A stretch of 63,926 nucleotides of DNA, filler included, from Octopus bimaculoides (taxonomy: Eukaryota): assembly GCF_001194135.2 (NCBI RefSeq). It is 6 parts of 6 records of this genome, joined end to end, with 100 filler letters (N's around TTAATTAATTAA, not from the genome) between each part and the next. Parts side by side here need not be neighbours in the genome. Positions count along the whole stretch, not along the records: positions 8,730 to 29,095 come from NC_068995.1; 5 more parts are not named here. One strand, given 5' to 3'. Within the stretch, counting starts at the first letter, position 1, and each line of letters starts with the position of its first letter. The notes below the pieces were generated by a model that saw only the letters and a program-made list of their open reading frames with translations, was not told where the DNA came from and ran no database searches. Of the stretch, positions 13,586 through 24,460 are shown one piece after another. The position numbers and the translations under genes were made by a program.

Positions 13586-13712
13586 ATGCGTTTGAGAATG
13601 TCAACCGACAGAGTTTATCGCTTAAACTGGTCCCGAATCTCACTTCGTCTTTCTGTCTTCTCCTTTTTGTTTATTCTTACTCGTGGAGATAGTTCCAGTT
13701 CGTCAGTAGAGG
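13586..13712 (+). CDS. TM2D3: TM2 domain-containing protein 3 (almondex ortholog), first coding exon, signal-peptide-like
   Basis: MRLRMSTDRVYRLNWSRISLRLSVFSFLFILTRGDSSSSSVE: basic N-region, then a hydrophobic core and small residues. Ends G|GTAAGC (phase 1), matching the phase-1 acceptor at 22173. Lies in a locally CpG-rich region. The link to the downstream exons is inferred from phase and gene architecture. Confidence 0.7.
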
Positions 13713-13989
13713 GTAAGCTTTGTTTACTCTATGAAAAATAATCAGTTTTTAAGCAAGGCTCGAGTAACAAACAAACAAAACAGTCCAACACAAACACTTT
13801 TAATATTTACTGTGATATTGTCGTCTTGTAAATCAAGATCACTTACACTCAGTGTGTTAAATGCACACAACTACACTCACAAATAGTTATCTGCCTGAGT
13901 AAACCCGGTTAATACCTCGTTTGCTGTTATTCTTTCCTAAACGACAAGGAAATAAAAGCATACCTGCAGAAGTATGGTACTCCGAATAG

Positions 13990-14260
13990 CGTGAAAATTA
14001 TGAGGAAACAGTTGACTTATGTGAATTACCCGAAACTCCTACCCACACCCTCTGAAAAAATTTGTAGAAAATTTCATGAAGAAAATATCGATTTTTCGGC
14101 GAAAGTAAAGAATACGCACACCCGGGGGTTTAGGGTTAGTTTTAGGGTCAGGGTTTTTGTTACGTCGAAAACGGGTAGTGTGCGTATTCTTTACCTCAGC
14201 AGATTTTTCTGAAAGTTATGAGGAAACAAAGTAGGTTTGGAGGTTGGTTACATTTGTGTA
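13990..14260. mobile_element. Short non-autonomous element with a 17-bp perfect inverted repeat around telomere-like repeats (Helentron/HINE-like?)
   Basis: GTAAAGAATACGCACAC (14105-14121) and GTGTGCGTATTCTTTAC (14178-14194) flank TTTAGGGTTAG..TTTAGGGTCAGGG. Direct repeat TGAAA(A/G)TTATGAGGAAACA near 13993 and 14210. The class assignment is tentative. Confidence 0.4.
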
Positions 14261-15320
14261 GGTATACTGAAATAAAATTATACATCATGATTAATTTATT
14301 TAACCATTACAAGCCAAACAAGGAAAACCCGATCAACTTGGAGTAACAGCCAAATCTATCTTTAATCACTTATTACCATTAAGAAAAAATGTGCAACCTT
14401 AAATCGTTGGTCTACTCGACCAAATTTGGAGCTAAACAACTCAATCTTCAGAATCCCAACTTGATTTACCCACATGCTAGTGTTGGCAAACTAAATAGTA
14501 TTGTAACTTTGATTACACCTCTTTTCATGTCCGCAAAGAACTTTTCTACTCTAAAATCTTTTGTTTTGTTCTATGCAAATGTCGCATTCAACAGGATATG
14601 AAAAATCTGTACGGAGATTGCCGAAGATTTAGACCGTCGTTTCAACAGAACATTGCCTTATCGCCGACTTTCATACTTACCTCGTTTCTTATCTTTGTAG
14701 TTTGTTACACTTGTATGGAAGGCCATTAAACTATATCTGTTCCTATGTGGTAGACGCTGTTTAATACTACCTATCCTCCTGTCTACTTTCTTGCAAGTAT
14801 TCAGATCACGTCTCCACACTGAAAATTCGATAATTGATTCGAAATATTCGTTTATTATCAAAAATATAAAAGGATAATCTATGAAAAATAATTGTAAAAT
14901 AATTAAAAGCACATTTTGATTCGTAGTTTCCTAGTCTGTGGCTTGTGGTTCCCACTCATATGGCTTGGGATGACCAGATGTTTGGTCTTACCCAGGATCG
15001 CATCATAGCTACACGATAGTAAATATAAAGACATAATTCTAATGAGTTGGATGGAGTGTTTCTTGAACAGAAAACTTAAGTAACACCTTTACAGTATTCA
15101 GTTATGATATTTGGATGAATGGTGGCAAAATTTAATTAATCCCAGATCAAATAGTTTGATGTATATTGTTATATTCCTCTATTTTCTGAGTTTAAAATTT
15201 CGTTGTCTTTCGTTCTTCGGATGTCAGCAAAAATAATATCAGGGTAATTGTTCAGTTTAGTTTTATAAAAAAAAAGTAAATAAAAATTAAGGGGAGATAA
15301 GTAGTAAAAGAAGCAGCTTT

Positions 15321-15730
15321 GGCGATCGCCGCCAGGAAGTGAATAAATAAATGTCTTCATTTTCTCAGTGGAATTACGCAAGAGAAACTCATGCAGATAT
15401 GAAACAAACAATTCGTACGATGACCCAAACTGTCCTCTCAACTTCTGTTTCACCCGCATCCACATTTTTTGTATGGACGTCTTGATCATGAAGATTAACA
15501 AAATGTTGGTGTATAATCACCTCATGCGTGTAGACACCACCATTGAGGATACCGATGTTATTATATGTTCGCCATCCATCACTGATTATGTGAGACCCAG
15601 GCAAAATACACCTTTGTATCTACTCAGTTAAAGTTTCTTCACTGCGGTCAGGTACTTCGACCAAAAAAAACACTTTCTTGAGACTATCTTTATGCCACCG
15701 AATACCCAGTGACTCCTTGTTTCTTTTACT
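15321..15730 (-). mobile_element. Merlin (IS1016/IS1595-related) DNA transposase remnant
   Basis: Minus strand reads HWVFGGI..SRKCFFLVEVPDRSEETL..I...ILPGSHIISDGWRTYNNI..HEVIIH..FVN..DVHT.(fs)..MWMRVKQKLRGQFGSSYELFVSYLHEFLLR, the ISXO2/Merlin DDE core. Contains a stop and frameshifts. Candidate GG-start terminus GGCGATCGCC at 15321. Confidence 0.85.
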
Positions 15731-15774
15731 AGTTATTTCCCCCTTAATTTTTATTTACTTTTTTCTATATAAAT

Positions 15775-16172
15775 GAGTGCCTGTATGGTAAGTAGCTTGC
15801 TTACCAACCACATGGCTCCGGGTTCATCCCCACTGCGTGGCACCCTGGGTAAGTGTCTTCTACTATAGCCTCGGGCCGACCAAAGCCTTGTGAGTGGATT
15901 TGGTAGACGGAAACTGAAAGAAGCCTGTCGTATATATGTATATATATATATATGTATATATATATATGTATGTGTATTTGTGTTTGTCCCCCCAACATCG
16001 CTTGACAACCGATGGTGGTGTGTTTAGGTCCCCGTAACTTAGCGGTTTGGCAAAAGAGACCGATGGAATAAGTACTAGGCATCCAAAGAATAAGTCCTGG
16101 GTTCGATTTGCTCAACTAAAGGCGGTGCTCCAGCATGGCCGCAGTCAAATGACTGAAACAAGTAAAAGAGTA
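15775..16172 (+). mobile_element. tRNA-derived SINE, family B (full length, internal TA/TG microsatellite)
   Basis: Head TGGTAAGTAGCTTGC..GGGTTCATCCCACTGCG, body GTGTCTTCTACTATAGCCTCGGGCCGACCAAAGCCTTGTGAGTGGATTTGGTAGACGGAAACTGAAAGAAG, then (TA)n, then a 3' part ending GACTGAAACAAGTAAAAGAG. Confidence 0.85.
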
Positions 16173-16309
16173 ATAATACCTATAAGTATCAATCTGTTAA
16201 TGCTAGTGACACTCGTTGGTGGTTGCTAAAAATGCCTCGATACAGAATTCTATGAAATTGGTCTTCTTCCCTCACTGTCTACTATTACTACACTTCTTTC
16301 TATCTTCTA

Positions 16310-16484
16310 TCTTTTACTTGTTTCAGTCATTTGACTGTGGGGTTTTAGTCGAACAAATCGACCCAGGACTTACTATCATTCTATCAAACTTCTTTGCCAA
16401 ACCGCTAAGTTATGAGAATGCAAACACACCAACACCAGTTGTCAAATGGTGGTAGGGGACAAGCACAGACACAAGGACATACTC

Positions 16485-16521
<37 letters not shown>

Positions 16522-16905
16522 CAAAAACACAATAACAAAAAAACAAAAAACAACAAAGTGAGGACGTGATATGGATAGTATTATTGGACGCTCAGGAAAG
16601 GAAAGAGAGATATATTCTTTTATTCTTTTAATTGTTTCAGTCATTTGACTGCAGCCATGCTGGAGCACCACCTTTTGCTGAACCACTAGGTTACGGGTAC
16701 GTAAACACACCAGAATCAGTTGTCAAGCGATGTTGGGGAGGGGGACAAATACAGACACACACACACACATGTATATACATATATACAATGGGCTTCTTTC
16801 AGTTTCCGTCTTTGGTCAGCCCAAGGCTATAGTAGAAGACACGTGCCCAAAGTGCCACACAGTGGGACTGAACCTGGAACCATGTGGTTGGTAAGCATGC
16901 TACTT
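16310..16905 (-). mobile_element. Two family-B SINE copies (16310-16475 partial; 16620-16905)
   Basis: Reverse complements of the 15775-16172 element. Confidence 0.8.
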
Positions 16906-17099
16906 TATTTCAAAATTTTGCCATAAAGGCATAACATAGAGGGGACACTACAAAACATGTGGGGACATATAACAATTAAAAATATATAAAAATAAAATAT
17001 GATACTATGAATGACACATGAAAATGAATATGAAAAAATAAAATCAAAATATTAAAGATAACATGAATGATATCTTGAAAACAAGAATATGAAAAGTGT

Positions 17100-18420
17100 G
17101 TTACCCCACACTGAGTAACACCACTTGCCACCTCTGAGTCCTAAGTCCTCTTTAGTCTCTAGTCCAGTCCTTCTTTTTCTACTNNNNNNNNNNNNNNNNN
17201 NNNNNNNNNNNNNNNNNNNNNNNNNNNNNNNNNNNNNNNNNNNNNNNNNNNNNNNNNNNNNNNNNNNNNNNNNNNNNNNNNNNNNNNNNNNNNNNNNNNN
17301 NNNNNNNNNNNNNNNNNNNNNNNNNNNNNNNNNNNNNNNNNNNNNNNNNNNNNNNNNNNNNNNNNNNNNNNNNNNNNNNNNNNNNNNNNNNNNNNNNNNN
17401 NNNNNNNNNNNNNNNNNNNNNNNNNNNNNNNNNNNNNNNNNNNNNNNNNNNNNNNNNNNNNNNNNNNNNNNNNNNNNNNNNNNNNNNNNNNNNNNNNNNN
17501 NNNNNNNNNNNNNNNNNNNNNNNNNNNNNNNNNNNNNNNNNNNNNNNNNNNNNNNNNNNNNNNNNNNNNNNNNNNNNNNNNNNNNNNNNNNNNNNNNNNN
17601 NNNNNNNNNNNNNNNNNNNNNNNNNNNNNNNNNNNNNNNNNNNNNNNNNNNNNNNNNNNNNNNNNNNNNNNNNNNNNNNNNNNNNNNNNNNNNNNNNNNN
17701 NNNNNNNNNNNNNNNNNNNNNNNNNNNNNNNNNNNNNNNNNNNNNNNNNNNNNNNNNNNNNNNNNNNNNNNNNNNNNNNNNNNNNNNNNNNNNNNNNNNN
17801 NNNNNNNNNNNNNNNNNNNNNNNNNNNNTATCGAGTGGGATTCCTTCCACCCTCACCTTGGAAGTCTTCTAAGATATGTGGACAGAAGCACCACTTCCTC
17901 CATCAGCCTCCTTGCCTCTTCCACTGTCCTAAACTGGACAACCACTGTCCCGTATTTGCTTCCTTTTGTTATATACATAATTTGACCCGATTGTTCCATC
18001 AGTGCCTTTTCTATTTTTGCCACTTCCACCTGTTCAACCTTCTTGTTCTCCAAAGAGTGCACCTTGTAGGTGGTGGTTTTTTTCTCCATGTTCTCCATGA
18101 TTCTTTTAGGGGGCGGCAACTTCATGTTGCCGCCCACCTTCTGTGTCATCTTGCCATACTCCTTCAATCTAATCAGGTCCACTTCCCTTCTCTTCATCTC
18201 TGCAGCCTCAGCAAAACTCTTTGTTTTTTCCAATATTTTATCCATTTTTTCCACCACCTTCACGAGCTCCTCCTCCGCTGAAGACAACTCAGGCCTGCTA
18301 AGGTCTGAATACATTGTCTCTACCGGTATAACACCCACTGACAAACCGCTGCCAAGCAGCACAAACAATTCCATCCGACTCATCAAAAATCAACACAGCG
18401 AATAGACTGACACATGCACA
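17100..18420 (-). mobile_element. Non-LTR retrotransposon ORF1-like region (coiled coil plus RRM-like), interrupted by an assembly gap
   Basis: 177-aa ORF at 17853-18386 with an E/K-rich helical stretch, followed by GTVVVQFRTVEEARRLM; a frameshift continues into RVEGIPLD. No splice structure seen. Clade uncertain (L1/Tx1-like suspected). Confidence 0.5.
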
Positions 18421-18439
18421 GTAAGCAAGCTACTTACTA

Positions 18440-21180
18440 CACAGAGGACTACGTTTAACTCCAATGACTGTTTTAGCATGTTTTCTACAGCTGGATGCTC
18501 TTCCTAGCACCAACCACTTTGCAAAGTGTAATGAGTACAGCACTAATAAGATTGCCAAGTAATTCGCATGACAAAGAAAAAGGCCTTGAGTGAGGGAGGT
18601 GGAATTATGCCAGGTATTGAAAAGCTTATGTATGATAAAAGGACAGGAACAGATGTCTCACTACAGAGGAGATACATGATTACCCCACATTATAATATAG
18701 TGGTGACGAGATATCAGTGTATTCTCAAAATACAAGAAGGCAGGTATAGCAGAGAATACAGACAAAGAATTGGCAAGAGTGGATGGATACGTTCATTAGA
18801 GGAGAATGACAGATAGTCAGTGATGGGTGTAAAGGTGAATGTTGTGAATGAAACTAGGGTGGAAGTGTGGTTGATGAATGGCAAGGGGAAGGTGAAAGGA
18901 TAGAAGTAGCTCAGGAAGGAGGAGGTGATAAATGACAGTACAGGAAGAGAGGATAACAGTAGTATGACAAACTTGTTAGTAAATATGTGGGTGGGGAGGT
19001 TGAGAAAGAGAGATGTACAGTGGCAGAGATGGATGTCAGAGGTATGTAGGGGTGCCTGATGTGTATAGGGGAGACCATCTATGGCTGATATGCTAGGGTA
19101 ACAATAAATAAAGGAGATAGTTAAAGGTAAGGTAATGGCAGTCAGGAATGTATCTCAGGAAGGCACAGAAAGGGTGATTGATGGGAAATAAAGTTGGAAG
19201 GAATGTTATTGAGGGAGATAGATTTTAAGAGAAATTTGTTCTAGGGAGATGGAAGATAACAGGTTAACAAAGTGGGATAAGATATGTGTACATACTGCTC
19301 TATGATTATAGCAGCTGAATAGTGCTGTAGTTAGACGAGTGGAGAGATGGGGATAAATTAAATGCAGGAATAGGGCTTAGTGAGTGTATAGACACAAACA
19401 TTATGCTTTTAGGTTCTCACTTTTGTTGAGATGGATGTATCTTCTTGACCACAGTGAGTCACCAATCAGTCTTCAGTCCTTCATCCCATGTCTTCCTGGG
19501 TCCTCTTTCACAAGTTCCATACACATTTAGCGATTAGCACTTTATGCAACTGTTCTCAAATACATCACATGACCATACCAGTACACTTTTCTCTCTTGAA
19601 CACTACATCTGATTCATCTTATGTCCAATTTTTTCCCCAACACTTTTGCACTTTGTTGTACATGCACATTGATGTTGCACATCCAGTAGAGCATATTATC
19701 TTTGTGCTTTTCTAGTCTTTGCTAGTTCTTTGCATTTGGAGCTCCTTGTCTCACTACCATGTAGCATTGCTGTTTGCATACAAGCATTATGCTATCTGTC
19801 TTTCATTTTGATAGATCTTTTGTTACTGACAAAGTTAATGGCTCTGTGAATTTTCATTAGCCTATTCTTATTTTAACAACTATATTTTCAGAACATCCTC
19901 CTCCACTGCTAATTAGGTCACCTGAGGAAAAGAAACTATATACTACTTCTAGGGAATCTCCTGAGCATTCAAGAAAATCTATTTCCTGGGTGTTCTCAGT
20001 GTTTGATGCTCTTGTACCTCTGCCACATGCAGTCTACTTTTTTTTACTCAACATTTCTGTGATCCCTCCCACTGCACCTCTCGCATGTCCATAGGTTTCA
20101 CAAAGTACACTATATGGAATTTCTATCTACACTTTTTTTACATATTGAACAGGGCCATTTTTCAGATGGGAGTGGATTCTGTCTGTTGACCTGCTAACTA
20201 AAACTTTGGTCTTTGCTAAGTTTATTTGAAGGCCCTTTGAGTTCATCTTGAATTTCTTTTTAATTCTGCTATAAATTTTTCTATAATAATGAGGTCATCA
20301 GCATATAATAGTTTCTAAAGGTAACCAGTCTTAAATTCCTGTTAAGTTTTGGAGGACTATGATAAATAGGAGGTAACTCCTACCTGTACCCTAAATTCAT
20401 TGCTGTACTTGTTGCTAACTCTCACCTTACTGACATTATCTTTGTACATTGTTTGTATGGCTCTCACAAGTCATTTGTCTATCCCTAGGATCTCAAGGAT
20501 CTGACCACCAGATCCTTGAGCAAGGGATCCTGTTGAACGCATACTCCATGTACAATGGCTTACTTTTGGCTTAATACTTGCAATTATCTTACAAGAAAGA
20601 GGGCATCAATAGTACTACTCCCTGGCACAAAACCAAACTGCATCTCATCTAACCTAATTTTCTTCCTAAATAAATGGACTATAATGCTTCTTGTAAGTTT
20701 TATGAGCTGGTCCAAAAGTTTGATATCTGTGATTACTTCTATAGTATCTCCTTACTCTTGTAGCTAACTATAGTGCTGTATGCTATGCTAGACACTTGGA
20801 ATAAGCCCTTCCTTACAACCTTATTAACTATATAAGCAACTGGGCTTTATTGTACTCTATCTGATATTTTAAGCATCTCAATGCTGATTCGTGATGGACC
20901 CTGCCTTCATATCCTTAATTGATTTATCTATTAATCTGCTGTTGACTAGGATAGTTGGTCCTTGTGTTGGCTCGATGTTGAGAAGACCCTCTTTCTCATA
21001 TACTTCTTCCACATTTAATAGCCTTTCATAGTAGCATTTCCATGCCCCTTTCTTTTCAGAATCCCTAAATGCAATTGTACCATTATCCACAGCACACATT
21101 TCTCACTGTCTTGCAGTCTGGAATATCTATGGCTCTAAGAACATTGGCAAATCTCTGCCTTTCTGCTCTTCTCCTTTCTT
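18440..21180 (-). mobile_element. Decayed RTE-clade LINE: linker, reverse transcriptase and long 3' region ending in the RTE tail
   Basis: RFANVLR..., WKCYYERLLNVE, MQFGFVPGSSTIDALFLVR, and KLLYADDL (about 20292-20315). The tail GTGGTTGGTGCTAGGAAGAGCATCCAGCTGT lies on the minus strand at about 18487-18520. Confidence 0.85.
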
Positions 21181-21189
21181 AATAAACCC

Positions 21190-21870
21190 GAATTGCATTT
21201 GATCTAAGCTTATTGTTTTCCTAATTAATTAGTTGCGTTATAACTCATTTTTTTTTTTTACACTTATAACTTGATCCATCTGATTGATGCCTTTGTACCA
21301 GCTTTTTTCTAGAGTCTGGTTCTCAGCTGGGATCCACATGACCCTTGCAGTCCATATAAGGTTTTGTTAAAATTTAAATGCAGTGAATTAGTTATACACA
21401 AAATATTTTAACAATTTTGTTTATATTGTTCCTAATAATATTTAATTATAAAAATATATGAATTTTTTTAAACATCAAATGGTTATGAGGTTCCATTCAA
21501 GTGAAACAGAAATGAAGCGGGTACTCAGGAAAAAAAAAGATGGCTGAGAACCACTGTTCTAGGGCATCTCCTTTGTTCTTGTAGCAGTTGGTCACAATAC
21601 TGCTACATCAACCATTGGGTATGACACCTGTCTCTATAACCTGATTGATTAATACATGTCTTACTTTGCCAGATATTTTCCGTATCTCAGAAGTATTCTT
21701 GATGATTCAGCTGCTTTCCTTCCCTCCATAACCTTCATCACTCTTCTCATTGTACTGTTGTCAACTTTAACAGCTAGTCTCTCTCTCTCTCGCTCTCTCT
21801 GACTTACTTGGGGTTGTCCCTCTCTCTTACACTTTCTTTTCCTTCAGTAACCTTTCATAGTTATATTTCT
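21190..21870 (-). mobile_element. Second RTE fragment, split by a hAT MITE
   Basis: NYERLLKE..., INQVIETGVIPNG*CSSIVTNCYKNKGDALE|KSWYKGINQMDQVI..., LDQMQFGFI. The reading resumes across the MITE. Confidence 0.75.
21315..21556. mobile_element. hAT (Charlie-like) MITE
   Basis: Right end GCTGAGAACCACTG (reverse complement CAGTGGTTCTCAGC); left end TCTGGTTCTCAGC. 8-bp TSD TTCTAGAG (21307-21314) / TTCTAGGG (21557-21564) fits the NTCTAGAN Charlie target. Confidence 0.75.
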
Positions 21871-22172
21871 ATGAATGATTTAACAAATGAAAATCAGACT
21901 ATGAGGGAGAGGCTATTTCTGTGGAGATAAGCCATTGTGAAATAAGAAAAGTGAAAACAATGAGTATGAATTCATACATAAAAGAGAGATGTGGGATATT
22001 GTTTTGAAACATGTTAGTCAAATGGCTCTATTTGTCTACCCGTGGACATAGTGACTTTTAAATAGATTTTTAAAGATAGTTATTAACAATTTGACTAATT
22101 TACATGTTCACTTCTAGTTGTCATTTTAGTTGTACATTTTAAAAATTGTTTCCAAATTTATTTTGAATACAG

Positions 22173-22411
22173 TTCAGAGTTCCAGTCGAGATGGCCTGAG
22201 CACTCCAGGAACACAGTCTACTTCAAGCACAAACTCTAGCAAAGGTCAAACAGATAATGGAGTAACAGAATCATACATTCATCAGTGCCCTAGCTTGACC
22301 TTGTGTCAGGATCTGGGACCAGACTGCATCACTTGTAATTTCAGTAGTTCATGTATTTATGGCCAAATTCACACAGTGACCTGCAAAGCTAAGCAGTTCA
22401 TTAATTGTACG
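22173..22411 (+). CDS. TM2D3: TM2D3 coding exon 2
   Basis: Acceptor TTTTGAATACAG|, donor ACG|GTAATG. Encodes QCPSLTLCQDLGPDCITCNFSSSCIYGQIHTVTCKAKQFINCT, whose Cys spacing matches recalled human TM2D3 CPSNGLCSRLPADCIDCTTNFSCTYGKPVTFDCAVKPSVTC. 239 nt, phase 1 to 0. Confidence 0.9.
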
Positions 22412-22462
22412 GTAATGTAATTTGGTATCTTTTTCTTTTTTTATATTATTATTATTACTATT

Positions 22463-23016
22463 GAGTGAGAGAGCACGCATGCCATCAAAGTGACACTGGG
22501 GTAAAATATACGATGCCCATTATACCCATCATGACTACCTGTCTGATAAGGGTACACCAGGCACATGCATTACAACCATATGTGCGCGACATGGTGATCT
22601 CATATCAAGATAAACAGCGCATGACCTCGCAGGTGGGGCCCAGTTAGAATTTTCTTCAGGTCGAGTAGCCCATCCCGCTCAAAAGGTCCTTGAATAAGGT
22701 TTGTTTAAAGATGTTGAGCAAAACACCCATGTTTCCAAAGGTGAATTATTCAAACTCTAAAGAATTCCTCTCAACACATGGCTATGATACTCCCCCACTA
22801 CTTCTGTTCATGATCAGAGATGCACATATCATCAGCCACCAAGGGACATGCTCAACTGGTTAAGGTCAAACAACTGACAAGCAAATCTGTGGTATTGAGC
22901 AGAATATTTGCTGTAGCCCATCTTTTATACCAAGACAAAACAATGTACATGATAACACTTTCAGTTAGTTAAGATCAGAAGCCATGAGAGCCACTGCCTG
23001 GTACTGCATCTGGGCA
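22463..23016 (-). repeat. Unclassified interspersed repeat of about 550 bp (family C); second copy 37105-37575, fragment 24621-24735
   Basis: Alignable copies from GAGAGCA..CATCAAAGTGACACTGGGGTAAAATATACG to CACTGCCTGGTACTGCA..GGGCA. The minus strand ends in a (TAA)n-like run. Orientation is inferred from that tail. Confidence 0.8.
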
Positions 23017-23025
23017 ACGAATGGA

Positions 23026-23097
23026 TGTGTCGGCCGGGAGTCGAACCCGGATCGACTGCTTGGAAGGCAACAATGCTAACTGTTACATCACTGACAC
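23026..23097 (-). pseudogene. tRNA-Gly(TCC) pseudogene
   Basis: Minus strand GTGTCAGTGATGTAACAGTTAGCATTGTTGCCTTCCAAGCAGTCGATCCGGGTTCGACTCCCGGCCGACACA, 72 nt. Intact T arm and B box, anticodon loop CTTCCAA, 6/7 acceptor pairs. Degenerate A box, no encoded CCA, no poly-T terminator. Confidence 0.8.
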
Positions 23098-23132
<35 letters not shown>

Positions 23133-23133
23133 G

Positions 23134-23192
<59 letters not shown>

Positions 23193-23219
23193 GTTATTAT
23201 TATTATTATTATTATTATT

Positions 23220-23810
23220 AAGATGGTGAGCTGGCAGAATTGTTATCAGGCTGGGTAAAATGCTTAGCGGCATTTCATGTCTTGGCATTCTGAGTTCAAA
23301 TTCCACTGAGGTCAACTTTGCCTTTCATCCTCTCGAGGTCAATAAAATACGTACCAGAGTACTGGGGTTGATGTAATTGACTATTCCCCTCTTCTAAAAT
23401 TGCTGGCCTTGTGCCAAAATTTGAAACCATTATTATTATCATCGTCATCATTATTATTATTATGCCCCATGTTGGGTGCAATATATTTAAGGCAGTGAAC
23501 TGGTAGAATCATTAGCATGTTCAGCAAAATGCTTAGCGGCATTTCGTTCATCCTTATGTTCTGAGTTCAAATTCCCCCAAGATCAACTTTGCCTTTCATC
23601 CTCTTGAGCTCGATAAAATAAGTACCAGCTGAGTACTGGGGTTGATGTAATTGACTTTTCCCCTCCTCCAAAATTGCTGGCCTTGTGCCAAAATTTGAAG
23701 CCATTATTATTATTATATTGTCCCTCATGCTGGGTGCAATATATTTTGACTATATATAATCAACTAGCCCCCTCCCCTCATTTTCAGACCCTGTGCCTAT
23801 TGTAGAAAGG

Positions 23811-23890
<80 letters not shown>

Positions 23891-24412
23891 AGATGTTGCA
23901 CAGTATCCAATATCGTAATGTTGTTGATTGAAGATATTGTTTCTACCGGAGGTTTATACTGTTTGTCTATTCACTACAAAGACCTCCAACAGACAGTACT
24001 TTACGCAATAAGCGTGCAATTCCAAGTAAAGCTGATTTTTGCAATACACATAGATTGTAGGGTATTTCTAAAGTTTCCAGATGTTTCTTCAGGTTGGTTG
24101 GTACTGAACCCAATGCTCTGAAGACAACAAGGACAACCTTTATTATTATTATTATTATTAGTAGTAGTAGTAGTACTACTACTACTACTACTACTACTAA
24201 GGCAGCAAGCTGGCAGAATTGTTAGCACACTGGACAAAATGCTTAGTGATGTTTTGCATGTTTCTATGTTCTGAGTTCAAATTCTGCCGAGGTCGGCTTT
24301 GCCTTTCATCCTTTTGGGGTTGATAAATCAAGTACCAGTAAAACACTGGGGTCAGTGTAACTGACTCATTCTTTCCCACCAAAATGGCTTCCCTTGTGGC
24401 AAAATTTGAAAC

Positions 24413-24460
<48 letters not shown>

